Positions 10,006-19,840 of a stretch of DNA of 64,000 nt are shown piece after piece. The position numbers and the translations under genes were made by a program. Location: positions 7,234-71,233 of the forward strand of contig JAUCQC010000125.1 of the NCBI GenBank assembly GCA_030372965.1. The letters are read 5' to 3'. Position 1 is the stretch's first letter, and each line of letters begins with the position of its first letter. This stretch comes from a bacterium (GTDB lineage: Bacteria > Zhuqueibacterota > QNDG01 > DTFT01). Under the pieces are notes generated by a model. The model ran no database searches, had not been told where the DNA came from, and worked only from the letters and a program-made list of their open reading frames with translations.

Positions 10006-10491
10006 CTACCGCGTGAGACGCCGTTTGGCTTTTTTGGGAACCCGACCGAAGACCGGAACGATTTCGACGTGCCGCCCGGCGCCCTCTCCGTGGCTCTCGG
10101 ACCGGACGCCGCCCCGGGTCTTCAGGTATTCGTGCACGATGAACCGCCCGAAGGAATCCATGGGGGGCAGGGACCGGGTTTCACCGGACATCAGCACTTC
10201 CTGAACGAGGGTTTCGGCCATGCGCTGGAGCTTTCCGACCGGGACGATGCTCAGCACCACCTCGCCCTGGCCGTCCCGGAACGCCCGCACCTTGCACTCG
10301 GCCGTTCTCTCGAAGTGCCGGTGAATCTGCTTGCGCTGAAACGCGTTGAAACCGGAAACGGGGAACGGCTCGATGGAATCGAGAAAATGCTCCATGGCGT
10401 TCCGGATCGTCTCCTTGACGCTTTCGTCCATGGGTTCCGGGGGCCGTCCGCCGCGGCGGCCGTTCCTTCTGTCCCCTCTTTCATTCTCCAC
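10006..10491 (-). CDS. R3H domain nucleic-acid-binding protein (Jag/KhpB-like C-terminus)
   Basis: The C-terminal LPPMDSFGRFIVHEYLKTRGGVRSESHGEGAGRHVEIV fits the R3H consensus. The GTG start at 10491 has AAGAGGA upstream. An alternative ATG at 10431 is possible. Confidence 0.55.
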   Translation of the reverse strand: MENERGDRRNGRRGGRPPEPMDESVKETIRNAMEHFLDSIEPFPVSGFNAFQRKQIHRHFERTAECKVRAFRDGQGEVVLSIVPVGKLQRMAETLVQEVLMSGETRSLPPMDSFGRFIVHEYLKTRGGVRSESHGEGAGRHVEIVPVFGRVPKKAKRRLTR

Positions 10492-10515
10492 TGCCGGGTC
10501 CTCTTCTGGATGTGT

Positions 10516-11391
10516 TTATGAGGAACCGCCCGCTGGGCGGGCGGTTTCGTGAACGCAAATGCCTGCAAAGATCAGGGCGCCTCCCAGCCAGCCCCGCGGC
10601 GTCAGAAATTCACCCAGAAAAACGCGGGCGAACAAGGCCGCGAATACGGGTTCGGTGGCGTACAGAACGGCCGCGGCGGTCGAGGAGGTGCGTGGCTGGT
10701 AACGGGTCTGCCCCCAGAAGCCGGCCGCGGTGGCGAAAACCCCGAGGTAAACGATGCCGGCCGCGATCTCCGGGCCCGCGTCGAAACGCGACGGGCCGAA
10801 AAAAGGGACAGCCAGGGTCGCGAGCGCCGCCGTCCAGAAAATCATCATCCAGGCGTACGGCAGGGAGTCCTCCGGTCCCACGAAGCACTCGATCAGGACG
10901 ATCTGCACGGAGAAGGCGACCGCCCCTGCGGCGGTCAGCGCGTCGCCGCGATTGAAACCGCCCACTCCCGCTCCGGCGATCAGCGCCACACCGACGGACG
11001 CCAGCAGGAGGCCCGCGCCTTCCTGAAAGCGGAGTCCCCGGCCCCGGAACAGCCGGTTCCAAACCGGCACGAGGACCACGCTCAGCGCGGTCAGAAATCC
11101 CGAATTCGAGGCCGACGTGTATTTCAGCCCGGCGGTCTGACAGAACATGCCGGCGAACATCGCGGCGCCCAGAAAAAATCCCTTTCTCCAGTCGGCCGGA
11201 GCGAGCGCCTTCCGTCGTTTCAGGAAAAGCGGTAACAGAAGCGCGACTGCGATCCAGAAACGCGCGGCCAGGTACAGGGCCGGATTCAGGTCGCGGACGG
11301 AGGCGCGCATGAGCGGGAAACTGGTTCCCCATATGATGCAGAGTGCCAGGAGGACCAGGTCCGCGCGCAGTTTCTCCGAGCGGTCCGTCAA
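10516..11391 (-). CDS. EamA/DMT family transporter
   Basis: It has ten predicted TM helices in the typical duplicated EamA arrangement. The start is taken as TTG 11391, overlapping the upstream stop (ATTTGA); the ORF-track N-terminal extension overlaps the upstream gene. Confidence 0.75.
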   Translation of the reverse strand: MTDRSEKLRADLVLLALCIIWGTSFPLMRASVRDLNPALYLAARFWIAVALLLPLFLKRRKALAPADWRKGFFLGAAMFAGMFCQTAGLKYTSASNSGFLTALSVVLVPVWNRLFRGRGLRFQEGAGLLLASVGVALIAGAGVGGFNRGDALTAAGAVAFSVQIVLIECFVGPEDSLPYAWMMIFWTAALATLAVPFFGPSRFDAGPEIAAGIVYLGVFATAAGFWGQTRYQPRTSSTAAAVLYATEPVFAALFARVFLGEFLTPRGWLGGALIFAGICVHETARPAGGSS

Positions 11392-11999
11392 ATGATTTTC
11401 CGCGTGTAACGATGGGCGAACCGGTACCCGTTCATGGTGCAGACATCGGCCAGCCGCCGTTTCGGCACGTGGACGACTCCGTCCCGGTCCGCCCAGGGAC
11501 GGACGGAGTCCACGCACTCTTCGGCGACCGGAGATTCGGACGGGATTCCCAGGCCGATCACGGAATCGACGTGCAGGTGGTGCGGGATTTTCAGCTTGGT
11601 CTTGAGGCGCTTCCGGTGCAGATCCTCGATCCGGCATGCCCCGAGGCCCAGTTCCATGGCGGCCAGGAAGGCGTTCTGGGCGGCCGCGGCCGCGTCTGTC
11701 GAACCGCCTCTCCTCTTTTTCATCAGGTCGATCAGAACCACGATGTAGGCGGGCGGCCGCTCCCCGGTTTTTGGGGGGGGCAGTGGCGCGACGGCCTCAT
11801 TCCATTTCACGCATTCGAACACCTCGGATACGCGCCGCGGAAGATTCACGATGACGAATTCGCAGGGTTGCACATTGCCGGGTGACACGGCCCAGCGGGC
11901 CGCGTCGACGATCTGCAGGAGATCTTTTTCCGCCACCGGTTTGGGTTTGAAACGCCGGATGGTGCGGCGTTTCTGAATGGCGGCGTACAGCGAAGGCAT
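11388..11999 (-). CDS. Nitroreductase family protein
   Basis: ATG 11999 opens an N-terminus (MPSLYAAIQKRRTIRRFKPKPV) typical of the nitroreductase fold, in a protein of about 200 aa. Confidence 0.75.
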   Translation of the reverse strand: MPSLYAAIQKRRTIRRFKPKPVAEKDLLQIVDAARWAVSPGNVQPCEFVIVNLPRRVSEVFECVKWNEAVAPLPPPKTGERPPAYIVVLIDLMKKRRGGSTDAAAAAQNAFLAAMELGLGACRIEDLHRKRLKTKLKIPHHLHVDSVIGLGIPSESPVAEECVDSVRPWADRDGVVHVPKRRLADVCTMNGYRFAHRYTRKII

Positions 12000-12114
12000 C
12001 GAATCGACCTCGGTTGGACGGGCACAATTTGATTATTTTAATAAATTTGGATCGAATAATCAAGCGTTTTATTGCCGCATAGAGACAGTGTTGCCGTCAA
12101 CGGTCAATTGGGTC

Positions 12115-12143
12115 TTGACTTTCCGTTTTGAAATTATTACATT
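12115..12143 (+). promoter_or_regulatory. Candidate sigma70-type promoter of the aromatic amino acid operon (TTGACT-17-TACATT)
   Basis: TTGACT at 12115-12120 and TACATT at 12138-12143, separated by a 17-nt spacer, sit in an AT-rich intergenic region. Confidence 0.35.
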
Positions 12144-12271
12144 TAACCTATCGAAAACGAGGTGAATCCGTGCGTGTTCTCCCGTCCCCCATCCGATTCT
12201 GCTATTTTACCGGTTATTGGCTCCGCAATCCCGGGCGGGATCGCTGAATCTCTGCGTTATGCTTCGCATCC

Positions 12272-12305
12272 AGCCCACTTGACCCAAGTGGGCTTTTTGA
12301 TTTTG
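12272..12305 (+). terminator. Intrinsic-terminator-like hairpin with U-tract inside the aro operon leader (putative attenuator)
   Basis: AGCCCACTTG-ACCC-CAAGTGGGCT (10-bp stem) is followed by TTTTTGATTTT and directly abuts the GGAGGA RBS of the chorismate mutase gene. Confidence 0.45.
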
Positions 12306-12313
12306 GAGGATTG

Positions 12314-12607
12314 ATGAAAGACCGGCTCGATCAGCTTCGCAAACGCATTCTGGACATCGATGCAGAGCTCGTCCGTCTCCTGGCCGAACGCGCCAGCATC
12401 GCACTCGAAATCGGCCGCATCAAGAGTGACCTCGGCGTCCCCCTGCAGGATCCCGACCGCGAGCGGGAAGTGCTGAAGAACGCGAGACGGATTCCGCACC
12501 ATCCGCTCCAGGCGTCCCAGGTCGACGATCTTTTCAGCCGCATTCTCGAGATCTGCCGGGACGCGCAGATTCAGGCCGCACCGGCGGCCGGGAGCGGCCG
12601 GTCATGA
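12314..12607 (+). CDS. Chorismate mutase (AroQ class)
   Basis: [37 protein letters not shown] has the AroQ CM signature. The ORF-track start is TTG 12311, and ATG 12314 is taken as the start. The stop overlaps the next start (ATGA). Confidence 0.85.
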   Translation: MKDRLDQLRKRILDIDAELVRLLAERASIALEIGRIKSDLGVPLQDPDREREVLKNARRIPHHPLQASQVDDLFSRILEICRDAQIQAAPAAGSGRS

Positions 12608-13653
12608 TCGTCGTCATGCGCGAAGACGCTTCCGACGCCCAGATTCGGGCCATTTCGGAACGCATCCAAGGAATGGGATTCGGCATCCACCCGGACCGCG
12701 GGGCGAACCGGACCGTTCTCGGCGTGATCGGCGACACGAGCCGTCTCGACCCCCGCTCCCTGGAGATGGAAGAGGGCGTGGCCGAGGTTCTGCGCGTCAC
12801 CGAACCCTACAAACTGGCCAGCCGCGCTTTTCACCCCAATGACACGGTGATCCGCATCGGGGACGTGACGATCGGAGGCGACGAGGTCATTGTCATCGCC
12901 GGACCCTGCGCGGTGGAAAGCGCCGAACAGATACGGGAAACCGCGTCGGCCGTCCGGCAGGCCGGCGCCCGCATCCTGCGCGGGGGCGCGTTCAAACCCA
13001 GGACTTCGCCCTACAGTTTCCAGGGCCTCGGCGAAACGGGGCTGGAACTGCTGCGGGACGCGGCCCGGGAGCAGAACATGCTGTGTGTTTCCGAGGTGAT
13101 GGAGCCGGCTTTCGTCCGGAGCGTCGCGGACCGCGTGGACATCGTCCAGATCGGCGCCCGGAACATGCAGAATTTCCCGCTGCTCAAGGAAGTGGGCCGG
13201 ATCGACAAACCCGTTCTGCTGAAACGGGGCATGTCCGCCACCATCGAGGAACTGCTGATGGCCGCCGAATACATCATGGCCAGCGGCAATCCCCGGGTCA
13301 TGCTCTGCGAGCGCGGCATCCGCACCTTCGAAACGTACACGCGGAACACCATGGACATTTCGGCCATCCCCGTCGTGAAGAAGCGGAGCCATCTCCCCAT
13401 TCTCGCGGATCCCAGCCATGGAACGGGGCGGCGCGACAAGGTGGCGCCGATGGCGCGCGCGGCCGTGGCGGCCGGCGCGGACGGACTCATCATCGAAGTG
13501 CACACGCATCCGGACCAGGCCCTCTCGGACGGCCCGCAGTCCCTCTATCCGGACCGGTTTGCCGCGCTGATGGAGGAGTTGAAGACGATCGCCTGGGCCA
13601 TCGGACGGCGGATCGGAGCCGAGTCCGGCGGGAACCCGGAGAAACCGCGTTGA
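12604..13653 (+). CDS. 3-deoxy-7-phosphoheptulonate (DAHP) synthase, type I-beta with N-terminal ferredoxin-like/ACT-type regulatory domain
   Basis: The catalytic core ([30 protein letters not shown]) is preceded by about 70 aa of regulatory domain ([26 protein letters not shown]). Confidence 0.9.
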   Translation: MIVVMREDASDAQIRAISERIQGMGFGIHPDRGANRTVLGVIGDTSRLDPRSLEMEEGVAEVLRVTEPYKLASRAFHPNDTVIRIGDVTIGGDEVIVIAGPCAVESAEQIRETASAVRQAGARILRGGAFKPRTSPYSFQGLGETGLELLRDAAREQNMLCVSEVMEPAFVRSVADRVDIVQIGARNMQNFPLLKEVGRIDKPVLLKRGMSATIEELLMAAEYIMASGNPRVMLCERGIRTFETYTRNTMDISAIPVVKKRSHLPILADPSHGTGRRDKVAPMARAAVAAGADGLIIEVHTHPDQALSDGPQSLYPDRFAALMEELKTIAWAIGRRIGAESGGNPEKPR

Positions 13654-14756
13654 AGGGATTCCGGCGCATCACGGTGGTGGGCGTCGGCCTCATCGGCGGT
13701 TCGCTGGGCCTGGCCCTGAAGCGGAAGCTTCCGGAGTCGCGTGTCAGCGGCGTCGACACGGCCGAGGTGATCGACGCCGGACTGGCCGCGGGCGCGCTCG
13801 ATGCGGGCTTCCCCCGGGACCGCCTGCAGGAAGCCGTCTCGGAATCCGATCTGGTTTTCCTCTGCGCGCCGATCGATGCCATTCTCAGGCTCCTGCCGCA
13901 GGTGGCGGAGGCGATTCCGGCCGGCGGCCTTGTCACGGACGCGGGAAGCACCAAGCGCCTGATCGTGGAGACCGCGGACCGGGCCTTTCCGTCCGACCGG
14001 CATTTCATCGGCGGTCATCCCATGTCCGGGAGCGAGGGCCGCGGCATCCGATGGTCGGATCCCCTTCTGTTCGAAAACGCGGCCTGGGTGCTGACGCCCT
14101 CCAGGCCGCTTCCCCAGGACCGCATTCAGCCGCTCGGAGACCTGATTGAGCGGCTCGGCGCCAAGGTTCTCTTCCTCAGCCCCGTGCTGCATGACCGGGT
14201 GGCCGCGGCGGTCAGCCACCTTCCCCAGCTTCTCGCGGTCACGCTGATGAACTGGGTGTCGGAACACCAGGAGGAATCCCCCCACTTCCTCAAACTGGCG
14301 GCCGGCGGGTTTCGGGACATGACCCGCATCGCGTCCAGCCCCTACGAGACCTGGGACCCGATCCTTTCGACCAACCGCGCGGAGATACTCTCGGCCCTGG
14401 ACGCGTTCGCGGGCCGGCTCTCCGAAACGCGGGCCCTTCTGGAACAGGACGCGCTCCGGAAAGCGTTTGAATCCGCGGCCGAAAAACGGCTCTCCATACC
14501 CAGGGACACGCGGGGATTTCTGCGGGCGCACCACGACCTCCGCGTGCGGGTCGAGGACAGGCCCGGTGTGATCGCTTCCATCGCCGCGGCGCTGGCGGAG
14601 CGCGGCATCAACATCAAGGACATCGAAATTTTAAAAGTGCGGGAAGGCGAAGCCGGCACCCTGCGCCTCTCCCTGGAAACACCGGAGGCGCGCGCGGAGG
14701 CGGCCGCGGCGCTCAGGGAAATCGGGTTTCCGTCCGAACCGCTCGACGGACGATGA
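13650..14756 (+). CDS. tyrA: Prephenate dehydrogenase with C-terminal ACT domain
   Basis: The Rossmann N-terminus [17 protein letters not shown] and a C-terminal ACT ([24 protein letters not shown]) are present. TTG start 13650 overlaps the DAHPS stop (TTGA). The ORF-track N-terminal 190 aa is run-on. Confidence 0.8.
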   Translation: MKGFRRITVVGVGLIGGSLGLALKRKLPESRVSGVDTAEVIDAGLAAGALDAGFPRDRLQEAVSESDLVFLCAPIDAILRLLPQVAEAIPAGGLVTDAGSTKRLIVETADRAFPSDRHFIGGHPMSGSEGRGIRWSDPLLFENAAWVLTPSRPLPQDRIQPLGDLIERLGAKVLFLSPVLHDRVAAAVSHLPQLLAVTLMNWVSEHQEESPHFLKLAAGGFRDMTRIASSPYETWDPILSTNRAEILSALDAFAGRLSETRALLEQDALRKAFESAAEKRLSIPRDTRGFLRAHHDLRVRVEDRPGVIASIAAALAERGINIKDIEILKVREGEAGTLRLSLETPEARAEAAAALREIGFPSEPLDGR

Positions 14757-14883
14757 CCGCCGGCGTACCCCCCCGCTGCGCGGGCTTCGCGGGATCCGTG
14801 GGACCCAGCAATACGATTTTCTCTGATTGAAGGCCCGCCGGCTTCGGCGGGGATCCGACCGAGACCCACCACAGGAAGGGAGC

Positions 14884-16170
14884 ATGCATCAGATCGTGAG
14901 AAAAGCGCGACGCTGGCGCGCGGTCCTGTCCGTTCCCGGGGACAAATCCATATCGCACCGCGCCCTGCTGTTCGGCGCGCTCGCCGAGGGCCGTTCGAGA
15001 ATCACGCGGCTGGCGCCAGGCCGGGATGTGGCCAGCACGGCGGCCTGCCTGTCCAGCCTGGGCGTCCGCATCGAACGCGACGGCGCGAACGCCGTCGTCG
15101 TGAACGGAGCGGGCCCGGCCGGGATCACCGCTCCGCCGGGTGATCTGGACGCGGGCAATTCCGGCACCACCATGCGCCTCCTGTCCGGCATTCTCGCGGG
15201 GCGGCCGTTCACGTCGGTCCTCACGGGGGACGCCTCTCTCAGGCGCAGGCCCATGCGCCGCATCGTGGAACCGCTGGAACGCATGGGCGGCCGCATCGAG
15301 ACATCGCCCGAAGGCACGGCCCCGCTTCGAATCCTGGGAACCCGTCTGTCCGGCGCGGATGTGACACTTCCGGTGGCCAGCGCCCAGCTGAAATCCTGCG
15401 TGCTTCTCGCGGGCATGCTCGCCGAGGGCCGAACCTCGGTGACCGAACCCGCGCTGTCCCGCGATCACACGGAACGCATGCTGGGCGGCATGGGCGTCCG
15501 CATCCGCAGGGACGGCCTGCGGCTGGAACTCGAGGGGCCCCAGACGCCCCGGCCGTGCGACTTCGACGTTCCCGGCGACATCTCCTCGGCCGCCTTCCTG
15601 ATGGTCGCGGCCGCGCTGATACCGGATTCGGAACTGACCCTTGAAAACGTCGGCGTGAATCCGACCCGCACGGGAATTCTCGAAGTCCTTCGGGCCATGG
15701 GATGCCCGGTCGAGGAGCTGAACGCCCGGACCCTGCAGGGCGAACCCCGGGCCGACTTGAGGATCCGCACCGCATCCCTCTCCGGCACGGAGATCCGCGC
15801 CGGTCTGATCCCGAAAATCATCGATGAAATTCCCATCCTGGCCGTGGCCGCCTGCCGGGCCGCGGGCCGCACCGTCGTGCGCGACGCCGCCGAGCTGCGC
15901 GTCAAGGAGACCGACCGCATCGCCGCCGTGGCAAAGAACCTGGCCGCCATGGGCGTCCGCGCGGAAGTGTTCGAGGACGGTTTCGCGATCGACGGTCCGC
16001 AGCCGCTGCGCGGCGCGGTCATTGACAGCATGGAGGACCACCGAATCGCCATGGCCTTCACCGTGGCCGGGCTTCTTGCGGAAGGCGAGACGCGAATCGA
16101 AGGCACGGAATGCGCCGACATCTCCTATCCCGGTTTCTTCGACCTCCTGTCGGGAATCGATTATGCCTGA
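14884..16170 (+). CDS. aroA: 3-phosphoshikimate 1-carboxyvinyltransferase (EPSP synthase)
   Basis: ATG 14884 follows a GGAAGGGAG RBS. The protein carries LDAGNSGTTMRLL and aligns as EPSP synthase over its full length. Confidence 0.9.
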   Translation: MHQIVRKARRWRAVLSVPGDKSISHRALLFGALAEGRSRITRLAPGRDVASTAACLSSLGVRIERDGANAVVVNGAGPAGITAPPGDLDAGNSGTTMRLLSGILAGRPFTSVLTGDASLRRRPMRRIVEPLERMGGRIETSPEGTAPLRILGTRLSGADVTLPVASAQLKSCVLLAGMLAEGRTSVTEPALSRDHTERMLGGMGVRIRRDGLRLELEGPQTPRPCDFDVPGDISSAAFLMVAAALIPDSELTLENVGVNPTRTGILEVLRAMGCPVEELNARTLQGEPRADLRIRTASLSGTEIRAGLIPKIIDEIPILAVAACRAAGRTVVRDAAELRVKETDRIAAVAKNLAAMGVRAEVFEDGFAIDGPQPLRGAVIDSMEDHRIAMAFTVAGLLAEGETRIEGTECADISYPGFFDLLSGIDYA

Positions 16171-17053
16171 CCTCAGCCGCACCTTCTGCGTGATCGGCGA
16201 TCCGATCGCGCACTCCCTCTCGCCGCTGATCCACGCCGCGGTCTTCAGCCGGCTCGGCGTCCCGATGGCGTACGAGGCGGTCCGAGTCGCTCCGGACCGG
16301 CTGGCCGCGTTCGTCGCGGAATCCAGGAGCGCCCGCAGGCCGGGTTTCAATGTCACAATCCCGCACAAGCAGGCCGTGATCCCGTTTCTCGACGGCACGC
16401 ACGGGGACGCGTCCCTGATCGGGGCGGTGAACACCGTCGCCGCGGCCGGCGGAAAGCTGACCGGATACAACACCGACGTGGACGGATGCCGGGCCGCGCT
16501 TTCCCGCGGAGGATGGAGCCCCGCCGCTGAAGGCGTGCTTCTGCTCGGCGCGGGCGGCGCGGGCCGGGCCGCGGTCCGCGCGCTGTCCCTGGAAGGCGTG
16601 AAAAAACTGTCCGTCTTCGAAACGGACCGCGGCCGCGCGGAGTCGATGAAGACCGGCCTGGCCGCGCCCCTGGGATTGGAGATGGAGATACTCTCCTCCC
16701 CGGCCGCCCTGGAGGCCGCCGTCCGCGGGGCCGGCCTGCTGATCAACGCGACACCCGTCGGCCTGTGGCCGGCAGTCGGGGGTTCGCCCCTGCCGGATCA
16801 CGGATGGCTGTCCCCGTCCTGCCTGGTGTTCGACATGGTTCCGAATCCGGTCGAAACGCGGCTGCTCCGCGAGGCGCGTCTCCGGGGATGCCGGACCGTC
16901 GCGGGCGTCGTCATGCTGGTCAGCCAGGCCCTGGCCGCGGACACCCTCTGGCTCGGCCGTCCCATGCCGGACGGCCTGTTTGAAGTCTGCCTGTCCCTCT
17001 GCATTCAACACCTGGAGGCCCATGGCCACGCTCCGGATTCTCACCGCGGGTGA
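16163..17053 (+). CDS. aroE: Shikimate dehydrogenase
   Basis: ATG 16163 gives MPDLSRTFCVIGDPIAHSLSPLIHAA and the NVTIPHK motif. It overlaps the aroA stop by 8 nt. Confidence 0.85.
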   Translation: MPDLSRTFCVIGDPIAHSLSPLIHAAVFSRLGVPMAYEAVRVAPDRLAAFVAESRSARRPGFNVTIPHKQAVIPFLDGTHGDASLIGAVNTVAAAGGKLTGYNTDVDGCRAALSRGGWSPAAEGVLLLGAGGAGRAAVRALSLEGVKKLSVFETDRGRAESMKTGLAAPLGLEMEILSSPAALEAAVRGAGLLINATPVGLWPAVGGSPLPDHGWLSPSCLVFDMVPNPVETRLLREARLRGCRTVAGVVMLVSQALAADTLWLGRPMPDGLFEVCLSLCIQHLEAHGHAPDSHRG

Positions 17054-18197
17054 ATCGCACGGCCCCGCGCTCACCGGCATTCTCGAAGGAATGCCGGCCG
17101 GGCTCCCTCTGAACCGCGAAAAAATCGACGCCCAGATGGCCCGCCGGCAGGCGGGACTCGGCCGGGGCGGCCGCATGAAGATCGAGACGGACCGCGTGGA
17201 GATTCTGTCCGGTCTCCGCTTCGGCGTGACGATCGGAACGCCGATCACGCTGACCGTGGCGAACCGGGACTGGGAAAACTGGAAAGGCCGCATGGATCCC
17301 TGGAGCGGCCGCGAGGACGAACCCGTCCGCATCCCCCGCCCCGGCCACGCGGACCTGGCAGGCGCCGTGAAATACGGCCACACCGACATCCGCAACGTCC
17401 TGGAGCGCGCCAGCGCCCGGGAAACGGCCGTTCGGGTCGCGATCGGAGCGGTGCTCCGGCAGCTGCTGGAGCCGTTCGGCGTCTGGATCGGCAGCCACGT
17501 CATCCGCATCCACCGCGCCGCGGCGGCGACCACCTTCCGCGATCTCCTGGAGATGAAGAAACCCGAAGCCGAGATGGAAATTCTGAAACGCGCCGGCCTG
17601 GCCGAAACCTCGGACCTGCGGTGCGCGGACACGGACGCGGCCGAGGCCATGCGGGCCGCGGTTCGGGAGGCCGAGGAAAAAGGCGACACCGTGGGCGGCG
17701 CCTTCGAAGCGGCCGCTTTGAATGTCCCGATCGGACTGGGGTCGCACGTCATGTGGGACCGCAGGCTCGACAGCCGCATCGCCGCGGCCGTGATGAGCAT
17801 CCCCGCGATCAAGTCGGTCGAAATCGGCATCGGCGCGGACGCGGCCGGCCGGTTCGGATCGGAGGTTCATGACGCGATCGTTCCGGGCGATGCCGTTCCG
17901 GCGCGCGCCACGAACCGCGCGGGCGGCGTCGAAGGCGGCATCAGCAACGGCCAGCCCATCCTGATCCGGGCCGTCATGAAACCCATCCCCACGCTCAAAA
18001 AACCGCTTCCCTCGGTGCGGCTCGACACGGGAAGCCCGACGGACGCGCACCACGAGCGCTCCGATGTCTGCGCGGTGCCGTCCGCGGCCGTGGTCGCGGA
18101 AGCCATGCTGGCCATGACCCTGGCCGAAGCCTTCATGGAACGGTACGGGGGCGACACATTCGACCAGATGAGGAGGCGTTTCGATGACATCGGGTGA
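17022..18197 (+). CDS. aroC: Chorismate synthase
   Basis: ATG 17022 gives MATLRILTAGESHGPALTGILEGMPAG, which aligns as chorismate synthase. Confidence 0.9.
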   Translation: MATLRILTAGESHGPALTGILEGMPAGLPLNREKIDAQMARRQAGLGRGGRMKIETDRVEILSGLRFGVTIGTPITLTVANRDWENWKGRMDPWSGREDEPVRIPRPGHADLAGAVKYGHTDIRNVLERASARETAVRVAIGAVLRQLLEPFGVWIGSHVIRIHRAAAATTFRDLLEMKKPEAEMEILKRAGLAETSDLRCADTDAAEAMRAAVREAEEKGDTVGGAFEAAALNVPIGLGSHVMWDRRLDSRIAAAVMSIPAIKSVEIGIGADAAGRFGSEVHDAIVPGDAVPARATNRAGGVEGGISNGQPILIRAVMKPIPTLKKPLPSVRLDTGSPTDAHHERSDVCAVPSAAVVAEAMLAMTLAEAFMERYGGDTFDQMRRRFDDIG

Positions 18198-18717
18198 CGG
18201 CCATGTCTACCTTCTGGGGTTCATGGGATCCGGAAAGACGCGCGTGGGCCGGATTCTCGCCGATTCCCTGCGCAGGCCTTTCATCGACACCGACGCCCAT
18301 ATCGTGGAGGAAACGGGCCTCTCCATCAACGCCCTCTTCGAGCGCAAGGGGGAAGCCGGGTTCCGGGAAATCGAGCGGAACGTGATCCGTTGCCTGGCGG
18401 ACACCCGGGGATGCGTCATCTCGCTGGGCGGCGGTTCGGTGCTGCATCCGGAGAACTGGGCAAACATCGTCCGTTCGGGAACCACGGTCGCCCTGTCCTA
18501 CCCGGCCGAGATACTGGCCGGACGCCTGGAACGCAAGAAGGACAGGCCGCTCCTGAACCGCGCCGGAGAAAGCGGGCGCATGGACCTCATCAGGACCCTG
18601 ATGGCGGAACGGGAACCGTATTACCGCAGGGCCGATTTCGTGCTGCACCTGAACCGCGAAATCGACGCGGAAGCCGTGGCGGACATGATCCGCAGATATG
18701 TGGAGGCGCTCCCATGA
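18184..18717 (+). CDS. aroK: Shikimate kinase
   Basis: The P-loop LLGFMGSGKT and a length of 177 aa fit shikimate kinase. It overlaps aroC by 14 nt. Confidence 0.85.
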   Translation: MTSGDGHVYLLGFMGSGKTRVGRILADSLRRPFIDTDAHIVEETGLSINALFERKGEAGFREIERNVIRCLADTRGCVISLGGGSVLHPENWANIVRSGTTVALSYPAEILAGRLERKKDRPLLNRAGESGRMDLIRTLMAEREPYYRRADFVLHLNREIDAEAVADMIRRYVEALP

Positions 18718-19817
18718 GCATCGTGAGGGTTCCGCTCGAGGACCGGAGCTATTCCATCCGCATCGAACCGGGCCTTCTGGGAGAGGCGGGCCGGCTGATC
18801 GCCGAGCTGGGCTCCTGGGGACGCGTCGCGGTCATCTCGGACCGGACCGTTTCCGGATTGTTCGCCAAAACCCTGATCGGCGCCCTGCAAACCGCCGGCC
18901 TTGAAACCTCGCTCTTCACCGTTCCGGACGGCGAGACATCCAAGACGCCGGGTCAGGCGGAGAGGCTGTACACGGAACTGATCCGGTTCGGGCTCTCCAG
19001 GGACGGCCTGATCGTGGCGCTGGGCGGCGGCGTGGTCGGGGACCTGGCCGGATTCACGGCCGCCACTTTCCTGCGCGGCATCCCGTTCGTTCAGGTCCCG
19101 ACCACCCTGCTGGCCCAGGTGGATTCCAGCGTGGGCGGCAAGGTCGGCGTGAATCACAGTCTCGGCAAGAACCTGATCGGCTGTTTCCATCAGCCGGCCC
19201 TGGTCATCATCGATCCGTTGACGCTCGACACGCTTCCCATGCGCGAACGCTGGTCCGGCGCCGCCGAAATGGTCAAGGCCGCCCTGATCCGGGACGCCGC
19301 TTTCTTCGAGCGCCTGGAACGCGAGCTGGAGGACTGGATGGTGCTGGAGGACGCCGGCCGCCTGTCCGAGGCGCTGGCGGCCTGCTGCCGGATCAAGGCG
19401 GATGTGGTCGGCCGCGATGAGCGCGAATCCGGCCTGAGACGCATCCTCAATTTCGGGCACACCCTCGGGCACGCGCTCGAATCCGCATCCGGGTACGGCG
19501 TTTTCCGTCATGGGGAGGCCGTCGTCTACGGCATGGCCTGGGCGCTGGACCTCTCCCGGTCCTTCGGTCTCCTGGGAGAGGCGGTCTATCAGCGGGCGGA
19601 TTCCGTTCTGCGCCGTTTTCCCCTGCCGCCGATCCCCGAATCCGTGGACGCGGGACGGCTGGTCGAGCACTTCACACGGGACAAGAAAAACAAATCCGAC
19701 GGTCTTCATCTCGTGCTGCTGAACGACATCGGCCGGCCGGTCATCCGGCCTGTGCGCGACTTCGATTTCACCGAATCCATCATCCGTCTTCTGAACCGTC
19801 AGATCATCAACCTGTAG
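18714..19817 (+). CDS. aroB: 3-dehydroquinate synthase
   Basis: ATG 18714 overlaps the aroK stop (ATGA). The GGGVVGDLAGF motif and the LGHALE region are present. Confidence 0.9.
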   Translation: MSIVRVPLEDRSYSIRIEPGLLGEAGRLIAELGSWGRVAVISDRTVSGLFAKTLIGALQTAGLETSLFTVPDGETSKTPGQAERLYTELIRFGLSRDGLIVALGGGVVGDLAGFTAATFLRGIPFVQVPTTLLAQVDSSVGGKVGVNHSLGKNLIGCFHQPALVIIDPLTLDTLPMRERWSGAAEMVKAALIRDAAFFERLERELEDWMVLEDAGRLSEALAACCRIKADVVGRDERESGLRRILNFGHTLGHALESASGYGVFRHGEAVVYGMAWALDLSRSFGLLGEAVYQRADSVLRRFPLPPIPESVDAGRLVEHFTRDKKNKSDGLHLVLLNDIGRPVIRPVRDFDFTESIIRLLNRQIINL

Positions 19818-19840
19818 CGAAAAAGGGGAGCGGACACGGC

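Noticed and set aside
12151-12313. T-box riboswitch or classic aromatic leader-peptide attenuator for the aro operon
   Set aside because: No T-box consensus (AGGGTGGNACCGCG) precedes the terminator, and the only uORFs (MLRIQPT, and a 51-aa GTG ORF lacking an SD) contain no Phe/Tyr/Trp runs. The structure is kept as a generic attenuator candidate only.
15824-17053. ORF-track N-terminal extensions (for example aroE as 409 aa; aroB as 475 aa from 18390; tyrA as 557 aa; queH, ytfJ, heptose kinase, adenine deaminase, helicase with long leaders)
   Set aside because: The extensions overlap the 3' ends of upstream genes in another frame. The homologous region begins at an internal ATG/GTG/TTG that coincides with an RBS or an NTGA overlap, so starts were moved accordingly.
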